Source of the DNA: Chlorokybus atmophyticus
Taxonomy: Eukaryota > Plantae > Mesostigma and Chlorokybus algae
NCBI GenBank assembly: GCA_009103225.1
Contig: RHPI01000260.1
Coordinates: 692,203 to 756,202, forward strand
Reading direction: 5' to 3'
DNA: 64,000 bases
A program made the position numbers and the translations under genes. The notes beneath the pieces are model-generated. The model saw nothing but the letters and a program-made list of their open reading frames with translations. It was not told where the DNA came from and did no database searches. Positions 43,387-52,946 of the stretch are shown here, piece by piece (the stretch's first letter is position 1; each line of letters opens with the position of its first letter).

Positions 43387-43913
43387 TGTAACAGCACCAC
43401 CGTCGCCGGTGATGCCCCTTCAATCCTCTACCCCAACACCCACACCGCCTATAACAAGCCTTTCAACGGCGTGGCCGCCACTGAGCAGAGAACTGAAAGT
43501 CCCCACATCAGATTGATGTGACCTTTTATATCAAGAGTATATCAACTATATACCTCTCGATAATTAACTCACAACTAGATATCGACCCTACAGATAGGGT
43601 AGTTAGAAAATCTAGCGTGAGCCAATCACAGCTCAGATAAGGTACATATCGATAAGGTACCTACCCAAAAGATACCTATCGTAAGGTACCTAACGAGATA
43701 GTGATCACATTATATCAAATGTGACACTAAATAGGCTTGAATAAGCGGTTCTACACCCATTGGGACTTATTTAACCTATGATAAAGCATTATAGCCTTTA
43801 ATAAGCGAGGAACCGTAGAAAAGAGGTATAAATAAGCATATTTAAATACTTATTCATACAAAATGTGTTATTTAGGTAGCAATAACACCCCTATTATTAT
43901 TGCTCCCGTTACA
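43387..43913 (-). repeat. LTR1 (3' LTR), 527 bp
   Basis: TGTAACA...GTTACA borders, adjoined on the minus strand by the PPT. Confidence 0.95.
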
Positions 43914-43927
43914 TTCCCCCCCACTTA
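43914..43927 (-). promoter_or_regulatory. Polypurine tract TAAGTGGGGGGGAA
   Basis: Directly precedes the 3' LTR on the minus strand. Confidence 0.9.
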
Positions 43928-44101
43928 GGTTTTTAACGTCCTCGTTGAACTCAAGTTGATCAGGCTTGATTACGAGTAATTCAATTACTCGAAATCAAGG
44001 CTGATCAACTTGACTTCAAGTTGTAACCAGTGAGATAGCAGGAAATGACAGGATGGTAATGAAACTGCACTGCCAGTCTGTCATAAAACCAAGCCCACAG
44101 T

Positions 44102-47100
44102 TTATGGGACAGGACATGAATCCCAATAAGCTCGAAGCAACTCGCGGCAGTGCGTAAGATGCCTGTCGGGCTCCCAACTATTATGTTCCGGGCCATACCC
44201 TTTCCATTTCACCAAATAGCGAGTTGCGCGTCCTCGACTATTTAGCTTATGGTTCAATATAGCTTCCACCTCGTATTCGAGCTCGCTGTCCACCTCAACT
44301 GGCGGTGGTGGAGGCTGTGTTCTACCGTCTGAGCGGTAAGGTTTCAACATGTTCACATGGAACACGTTGTGTATACGCACACTTGGGGACAATTGCAGTC
44401 GATAAGCGTGCGTACCAACTCTATCAGTGATAGAGAATGGACCTAACCATCGGGGCAGCAACTTGCGAGCACCCGTACCTTTGATGGTTATGTTCTTTGC
44501 GTTAAGCAAAACTTTATCGCCGACATTGAAAGTGGCCATTTTTCGATGTGTATCAGCATAAGCTTTTTGCCTGTCCTGTGCTTCTGACAGACACAGCTTG
44601 GCTTGAGCCAAATTTTCTTGCATATCAGTGGCAAATTCCTTTGCCGCTGGTACAGTCAGGGCATTGCGAGGCACACGCAATGACGCTGGTGTGTTTGGGC
44701 GAATCCCATAAATCAAGAAAAATGGGGTTTCCTTTACACTTTCCTGCCACGCGTTGTTCACAGCGAACTCTGCCATTGGCAAGTACCTGTCCCAATCAGT
44801 ATGATTAGGAGCCACATAATGGCGAAGCATTTCTTCCAGTATTTGATTTGCTCGCTCAGTTTGACCGTCCGTTTGCGGTGGAAAGCAGTCGACATGCTTT
44901 GTTTTACCCCCAACAATTCACAGACTTCTCGCCAAAACTTGGAGACAAACCGAGGATCACGATCTGTGACAAGTTCACGCGGTACACCGTGAACGCGAAA
45001 GACCGTGGACACAAATAAGTGTGCCAAGTCCCGTGCACTTACAGTTGTGCAACACGGGGCAAAGTGCACCATTTTAGTCAAACGGTCGACAAAAACCACA
45101 ATAGCAGTGTTTTTAGCTGCTGTTTCAGGTAGGTCAGTATACAAATCCATACTGACACTATCCCACCCTTGTCTTGGAATTGCCAATGGTTTAAGCAATC
45201 CCGCTTGTTTTTGTCGTAGTGGCTTATTACGTTGACACACGTCACATGTGCGAACATATTGATCCACGTCAGCTGACATTGACGGCCACCAGTATAACTG
45301 TTGCGCAGATTTGAGTGTTTTGTGTTTCCCCAAATGCCCAGCATACGGCGGGTCATGCACTGAATGTAAGCATTGCTTACGCAAGTCGCCCGAGTTGGGA
45401 ATTGCCATCTGCTCCCCTACATACCACAGATTGCTAACAGCAGTAAGCTGTTGCAAGTTGGTTTGACTGCTAAACCAATCATCTGAGTTATAACCTGCGG
45501 ACACTTTAAGAAAGGATCTTCAGGCTGTTGTACATTACGCGTACTTCAAGAGCGCGTAAGTGCCAAAAGAGCAGGGCTGCGACTTAATGGATCCGCCACA
45601 TTGGTGCGACCCGGACGGTATTGCCAAGTGAAAGTAAAACGAGAAATGAATTCATTCCACCTAGCTTGCCGCCTCGACAGATTTTGTTGCGTATGAAAGA
45701 ATGTGAGCGGGTTGTGATCAGTAATCACTGAAAACTCCACCCCTTCCAAGTAGCAACGCCATGTGCGCAGCGCGTGCACCACCCCGAGCAATTCCTGCTC
45801 AGTGGTTGTGTAATTACGTTCAGCAGGAATGAACTTTCTGCTTTTATATGCACATGGTCTGTTATCCTGTAGAAGGACTGCCCCACACCCAATGGTGGAA
45901 GCATCACTGATCACCACAAAAGGCTTGGTGTGGTCGGGGAAGGCTAACACAGGGGCTTGCGTTAATGCATCTTTAATGCGTGTAAAAGCAACCTCGTGTG
46001 CCTCCGTCCACACAAATTTAACATCTTTTCTTAGTAAAGATGTTAAAGGATTTGCCATGCCAGAATATGCTCGCATGAACTTGCGGAAATAATTGGCTAG
46101 CCCCAAGAAAGCACGTAACTGATGTCACATCCTTGAGTGGTGGCCAATCCTTTACCGCACACACCTTTTGAGGATCTGGTTTCAATCCTTCTTTACCAAT
46201 CACATGCCCTAAAAAGGGTAGTTCATCCTTTGCAAAGTTGCATTGGGACAGGTTGGCATAGAATTTGTGTTCGCGTAATTTAGATAGAACCATTTCCACA
46301 TGTTTGTGGTGGTCCTCCCGGGTTTTGCTGAACACAATAATGTCGTCTAGATATACCAGTACAAACTTGTACAATTGATCAAATACCGTGTTCATTGCTG
46401 TCTGAAATGTAGCCGGTGCATTTGTTAACCCAAATGGTAACACTTTATACTCAAAGTGTCCTAGTGGGGTGCGAAATGCAGTTTTTTGTACATCCGACGG
46501 GTGGATTTTGATTTGATGATAACCACTGGTCAAATCCAGCGTGCTGAACACTGTTGCACCTGACAGCTTATCAAACAAATCATCAATCCGAGGCAAAGGG
46601 TATCTGTTTTTCACAGTGACCTTGTTCAACGCACGGTAATCAATACACATGCGTAGCTTGCCATCCTTTTTGGGCACAAACAAAATTGGTGCACCAAAAG
46701 GAGATATGCTCTTTGTTATTAAACCTTTGTTCAATAACTCTTTGAGCTGTTTTTCCATGTCCGCGTGTTCTAAGGGACTTAGCCTGTATATAGGCCGCCA
46801 AGGTGGCTTTGCCCCATCCTCTAACGGAATGGTATGATGTATGTTTCGATCGGGAGGCAACTCTGGGAGTTCATCCTGAAATACATCTGCGTATTGTTCC
46901 GTAAGTGACTGCACCACAGGGTCACTGATAGCCTGTTCAGCAGGTGTTTCCACATGTCGTAAGTGCAGTAAGTATACTTCCTCACGTTTATGCATGCAAC
47001 GTTGTAATTGCATAGCAGAGAGGAGCGGAACATTATCGCGTGGTATACGTGCGAGTACAGATGCTATTAAAGTCATCCTACGTTTCCCTTTACGAAGGGT

Positions 47101-47823
47101 GCACGTATTGGCTCGAGAGTCTATTTGTAAACCTGCTTCAGTGTGCCATTGTTCCCCTAAAACAACATCCACCCCGGGGATACCAATATCCACCACGATG
47201 AAGGCTGGTCGGGTTATATGGCCATTAATAACAAAACGCCCTTTTACCTCTCCCATTGCATTGAGAGTGGAACCAGCAGCACGTACATATGACGTGACTG
47301 GTGTGAAAGGAATGTTATTACGTTTCACCCAAGCATGTTCAACAAAGTTATGGTTTGCACCAGTATCAATCAATGCTGTACATGGTGTACCCATAAGTTG
47401 ACTCTCAAATCTCCATTTGAGTGGCACTGAGTGACCATCAAATGTAGCTAATGTCGGAGTGCCGTAATTGGTAGCAGACTTGATAAAGATCACTTGCAAC
47501 GGTGAAGCTCCTGTATCTTTGCGTGAGAGTTGCATGATTACTTCCCCCCCTTTCAACAATCGCGACCACGGGCCATGATATTGAGGGATAACTACACATG
47601 CAGTGACAGCATGTTGTAAATGCAACTCGTGTAAGTGCTTAACAGCAGTTACTAATTCAGAGAATGGAACATTAAACATAACACAACCGTTTGCATTTCT
47701 CAACACAGGTGGTGTGCTCATATCAGTCCATACATCTGATACATCACAAAGAGAGGAAACTTTATCAAGAAGTACAGAGTTTTTAAAGTCGTTCTGCTCG
47801 ACTAAGCTACCAACCACGGACAA
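44102..47823 (-). pseudogene. pol: Chromovirus pol (PR-RT-RNase H-integrase-chromodomain), broken by three small indels
   Basis: Protease ALIDTGA; RT KKDGKLRMCIDYRALN, FSTLDLTSGYHQI, VYLDD; RNase H SDASTIGCGAVL, EQELLGVV, TDHNPL; integrase HDPPYAGH..C..C, SVSMD, GPF motif; group I chromodomain EYEVEAIL...YLVKWKGYGPEHNSWEP. Relative to the inverted copy there is a +1 (~46124), a -4 (~45505) and a -1 (~44875) indel. Confidence 0.93.
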
Positions 47824-47826
47824 TTC

Positions 47827-49000
47827 CTATTTCTTGTCTCTCTGCTGCTTAGCCTTCTGTGCATTCTGTTTTGCATGGCACTTAGCCTCCCCATGACCTG
47901 TCTTCTTGCAGAAACTGCAAGTGATGATGGATTTGGCCGCATTGTAGGGGCCAGCAGGATGAGATGGTTTCGCCTTTTTCACAAAAGGTTTGTTGCCAGT
48001 GGCCGGGCGCTTTGCAGCTGAAACCGGGGCTGCCTCTTTTGCCGTGGTTTGCATGTTGGCGTGAGAGCGCTTTACACTGTCCACAGCAGCAACCATCTGC
48101 ATCAGCATTGGTAAATCCGTCGAGGCCCACTCTTGCAAACGCGCGGTTGACGGCCACATGCTGCACGAGATCTGTGTCCAAGCCACGCCTGAACATACCC
48201 AGCTGATCAGCATCACTGATAGGTAGTTTGCCAGCATTGATCTTGCTGACAAACGACTGAAAATCCTGGGTATACTGCTGGACCGGACGCCCGTTTTGAC
48301 GCAGGTTGTGCAACTGGTTGCGAGCAACCTGGGCAGGATCTGCGCCACCATAGCGCTGCTCCATGAAAAAGCACAACTGATCTACTTCCCGCCCGAGGTT
48401 TGTATCCCGTTGCTTACGGCGGTACCACTCTGCCAAAGCATCGTTTGGGATCAGCACCTCAGCTACACGCAATTTCCCCTCCTCAGAAATGTGAAGGGAG
48501 TTGACATAGTGTCGCAACTTCACAAGCCAGTCGAAGATGGCCGCTTGCTTGTTGGGAACAAACTCGGCAGGACGAGCAAGTGCTTGAACAGGTGGACCAC
48601 CGTCAGCACGTTGAAGACGCTCGATCATATTCAGAACACGTTTGCCTTCACCCATCTGCCCCTCCCAATCTCGCCCCATAAAGGTGGTGAGCTTTGAAAC
48701 TTTTTCTGCCAAAAGGAAGAGAAAGTTCACGAATGAGACAATCGCCTCACGAGGGTCCTGATCATAAGTGCTAAGGAAATGCTCCATCAAGTCCTGCTGT
48801 GTCATGCGAATGGAAAACTCAGGGAATATAGAAGGTGATCTATCATCCATTGAAGCTTCCGCAGCTTTGGCAGCTTGAGACTCATCAGGTGCATCATCCG
48901 GATTCGGAATATCTTCCATGGATGGAAATTCCTCCTCACGGGAAGGTTGCTCTTTTTCCGAGCTCTCCTCTTTTGAGGTGGGCACCGAGTTTTCTTCCAT
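47827..49000 (-). pseudogene. gag: Chromovirus gag with one frameshift (~48150) and a C-terminal CCHC knuckle
   Basis: Retrotrans_gag-like segment ARNQLHNLRQNGRPVQQYTQDF...FRRGL; zinc knuckle CSFCKKTGHGEAKC in the second frame; ends at TAG 47827-47829. Confidence 0.85.
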
Positions 49001-49893
49001 TTGTTTGCAAAACAGGCAGAATGGGACGGTGAGAACCTCACCAATAGACCAGGTTCAACGAGAGGATCAAAATGACCCCAAGTTGTAAAAGTCCCAAACA
49101 AAGTCCAAACCAGTCCCAAAATAGGAAAGGTTGGATCTGAAGTGTCATTAAACAGAACAACTTTGAGTGGGACCAGAATGTCCTAACCCTGTGTTGTCCT
49201 CAACCAAGTCCCAATCTCCAGGCCGAAGCCAGAGGGGGAGGGTTTCAGGGTTTGGGAACAGATTGTCCTGGAACCTCCCCACAACTGTCCTAACCAAGTC
49301 CCGATCTCCAGGCCGAAGCCAGAGGGGGAGGGTTTGGGAACAGTTTGGTTTGGAACTTACGGATCCGGGTCAAACGACCCGCCAAGCCGCTGGCAGGTCA
49401 CAGGTACGTCACAGGCATGCAACAGGCAAGCCGTACGGTGACTAACTATGACATGCACAAGCAAGCACAATGACAAGCACTCACCGCATGCAATGACAGG
49501 CAATCACTGCAAGCAATGATAGTGCACTAAGTGTGACAAACAGTGCTGACACACTAGCAAGCCGCAAACACCGCATGCAATGACAGGCAATCACTGCAAG
49601 CAATGATAGTGCACTGGCATGCCACTGTGTGATGTGCTTGAAAGTACACACGTGCACCTGGCAAGCACCTGGCAAGCAGCTGATAAGCAGGCAAGCAGGC
49701 AAGTCACCGACGTGTGTGATGGTACCTCACACGTGGAGAGGCCGCCTCTTTGATAGGTGGCTTCAACGTGGAGGTAGCGCAGGGAAGCGAACTTGAAGCT
49801 TGGGCTGCGTGGACGAATAGGAGGCCGCCGCCGACGCCTTCTGATTGGCCGAAAGCAGGTCGCCGCCCCCTATAAGTACCCACGTCACCCCCC

Positions 49894-49909
49894 AGCTCCT
49901 GGATACCAA
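49894..49909 (-). promoter_or_regulatory. Primer-binding-site-like sequence TTGGTATCCAGGAGCT
   Basis: Immediately follows LTR2 on the minus strand; begins TGGTATC like the tRNA-iMet PBS (TGGTATCAGAGC) but is not an exact match. Confidence 0.7.
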
Positions 49910-50447
49910 TGTAACAGCACCACCATCGCCGGTGATGCCCCTTCAATCCTCTACCCCAACACCCACACCGCCTATGACAAGCCTTTCAACGGCGTGGCCG
50001 CCACTGAGCAGAGAACTGAAAGTCCCCACATCAGATTGATGTGACCTTTTATATCAAGAGTATATCAACTATATACCACTCGATAATTAACTCACAACTA
50101 GATATCGATTTCCTAACTACAGATAGGGTAGTTAGGAAATCTAGCGTGAGCCAATCACAGCTCAGATAAGGTACATATCGATAAGGTACCCATCCAAAAG
50201 ATACATATCGTAAGGTATCTAACGAGATAGTGATCACATTATATCAAATGTGACATTAAATAGGCTTGAATAAGCGGTTCTACACCCATTGGGACTTATT
50301 TAAGCTATGATAAAGCATCATAGCCTTCAATAAGCGAGGAACCGTAGAAAAGAGGTATAAATAAGCATATTTAAACTATATACTTATTCATACAAAATGT
50401 GTTATTTAGGTAGCAATAATACCCCTATCATTATTGCTCCCGTTACA
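49910..50447 (-). repeat. LTR2 (middle LTR), 538 bp
   Basis: Same sequence as LTR1 and LTR3 but with two private insertions (+6 and +5 bp). Confidence 0.95.
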
Positions 50448-50453
50448 TTCTCA

Positions 50454-52058
50454 GTACTGGTATATCTAGACGACATTATTGTGTTCAGCAAAACCCGGGA
50501 GGACCACCACAAACATGTGGAAATGGGTCTAGCTAAATTACGCGAATACAAATTCTATGCCAACCTGTCCAAATGCAACTTTGCAAAGGATGAACTACCC
50601 TTTTTAGGGCATGTGATTGGCAAAGAAGGATTGAAATCAGATCCTCAAAAAGTGTGTGCGGTAAAGGATTGGCCACCACCCAAGGATGTACATCAGTTAC
50701 GTGCTTTCTTGGGGCTAGCCAATTATTTCCGCAAGTTCATGCGAGCATATTCTGGCATGGCACATCCTTTAACATCTTTACTAAGAAAAGATGTTAAATT
50801 TGTGTGGACGGAGGCACACGAGGTTGCTTTTACACGCATTAAAGATGCATTAACGCAAGCCCCTGTGTTAGCCTTCCCCGACCACACCAAGCCTTTTGTG
50901 GTGATCAGTGATGCTTCCACCATTGGGTGTGGGGCAGTCCTTCTACATGATGACAGACCATGTGCATATAAAAGCAGAAAGTTCATTCCTGCTGAACGTA
51001 ATTACACAACCACTGAGCAGGAATTGCTCGAGGTGGTGCACGCGCTGCGCACATGGCGTTGCTACTTGGAAGGGGTGGAGTTTTCAGTGATTACTGATCA
51101 CAACCCGCTCACATTCTTTCATACGCAACAAAATCTGTCGAGGCGGCAAGCTAGGTGGAATGAATTCATTTCTCGTTTCACTTTCACTTGGCAATACCGT
51201 CCGGGTCGCACCAATGTGGTGGATCCACTAAGTCGCAGCCCTGCTCTTTTGACACTTACGCGCTCTCGAAGTACGCGTATTGTACAACAGCCTGAAGATC
51301 CTTTCTTAAAGGAAGTGTCCGCAGGTTATAACTCAGATGATTGGTTTAGCAGTCAAACCAACTTGCAACAGCTTACTGCTGTTAGCAATCTGTGGTATAA
51401 AGGGGAGCAGTTGGCAATTCCCAACTCGGGCGACTTGCGTAAGCAATGCTTACATTTAGTGCATGACCCGCCGTATGCTGGGCATTTGGGGAAACACAAA
51501 ACACTCAAATCTGCGCAAAAGTTATACTGGTGGCCGTCAATGTCAGCTGACGTGGATCAATATGTTCGCACATGTGACGTGTGTCAACGTAATAAGCCAC
51601 TACGAAAAAAACAAGCGGGATTGCTGAAACCATTGGCAATTCCAGAACAAAAGTGGGATAGTGTCAGTATGGATTTGATTACTGACCTACCTGAAACAGC
51701 AGCTAAAAACACTGCTATTGTGGTTTTTGTCGACCGTTTGACTAAAATGGTGCACTTTGCCCCGTGTTGCACAACTGTAAGTGCACCGGACTTGGCACAC
51801 TTATTTGTGTCCACGGTCTTTCGCGTTCACGGTGTACCGCGTGAACTTGTCACAGATCGTGATCCTCGGGTTGTCTCCAAGTTTTGGCGAAAAGTCTGTG
51901 AATTGTTGGGGGTAAAACAAAGCATGTCGACTGCTTTCCACCCGCAACCGGACGGTCAAATTGAGCGAGCAAATCAAATACTGGAAGAAATGCTTCGCCA
52001 TTATGTGGCTCCTAATCATGCTGATTGGGACAGGTCCTTGCCAATGGCAGAGTTCGCT
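50454..52058 (+). mobile_element. Inverted 1.6-kb pol fragment (RT from VLVYLDD through RNase H to the integrase core), uninterrupted reading frame
   Basis: Reverse complement of 44762-46362 with scattered substitutions; lies in the 598-aa ORF 50397-52193, whose ends are LTR-derived. Confidence 0.93.
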
Positions 52059-52063
52059 CCGAA

Positions 52064-52590
52064 TGTAACAGCACCACCGTCGCCGGTGATGCCCCTTCAA
52101 TCCTCTACCCCAACACCCACACCGCCTATGACAAGCCTTTCAACAACGTGGCCGCCACTGAGCAGAGAACTGAAAGTCCCCACATCAGATTGATGTGACC
52201 TTTTATATCAAGAGTATATCAACTATATACCTCTCGATAATCAACTCACAACTAGATATCGACCCTACAGATAGGGTAGTTAGGAAATCTAGCGTGAGCC
52301 AATCATAGCTCAGATAAGGTACATATCGATAAGGTACCTATCCAAAAGATACCTATCGTAAGGTACCAAGCGAGATAGTGATCACAATATATCAAATGTG
52401 ACACTAAATAGGCTTGAATAAGCGGTTCTACACCCATTGGGACTTATTTAAGCTATGATAAAGCATCATAGCCCTTAATAAGCGAGGAACCGTAGAAAAG
52501 AGGTATAAATAAGCATATTTAAATACTTATTCATGCAAAATGTGTTATTTAAGTAGCAATAATACCCCTATTATTATTGCTCCCGTTACA
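52064..52590 (-). repeat. LTR3 (outer 5' LTR), 527 bp
   Basis: Same length and indel state as LTR1; followed by TSD GCATG. Confidence 0.95.
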
Positions 52591-52946
52591 GCATGTGAAC
52601 TCCATGAGGCGTGTAGCAAGATCCGGGGGAACATTTTTTGCAAATGGCTTGGGCGCTTCAAAGTTATAAAAACGGGCCTAGGATAGGCTAAAAACAGCTG
52701 TTATTGCGATATGCACAAGACTTTATTTCGAATGCACATTAAACTCATTATAACTACTCAGCTAATTCCTACATGAAGACATGATGATAGTTACGATACT
52801 TGCAACTTTTTTAAGATACATGAAGCGACATCCACGGTAGCACATTAAACACGGAAAAATATGATTCAACATCCACTACAGAAACTTGCATTACCTAGTA
52901 AACAATCTACACTGCCAAACAAATGTACAACCCTAGCTAACTTACT

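Larger units (their letters stand above)
43387..52590 (-). mobile_element. Composite Ty3/gypsy chromovirus with three same-orientation LTRs, one gag-pol unit and an inverted pol fragment; 5-bp TSD GCATG
   Basis: TG...CA LTRs at 43387-43913, 49910-50447 and 52064-52590; GCATG at 43382-43386 and 52591-52595; PR-RT-RH-INT-chromodomain order. Confidence 0.92.

Noticed and set aside
49200-49620. Short direct repeats in the chromovirus leader (two ~75-bp and two ~47-bp copies)
   Set aside because: Tandem repeats in LTR-retrotransposon 5' leaders are common, and nothing distinctive was seen.
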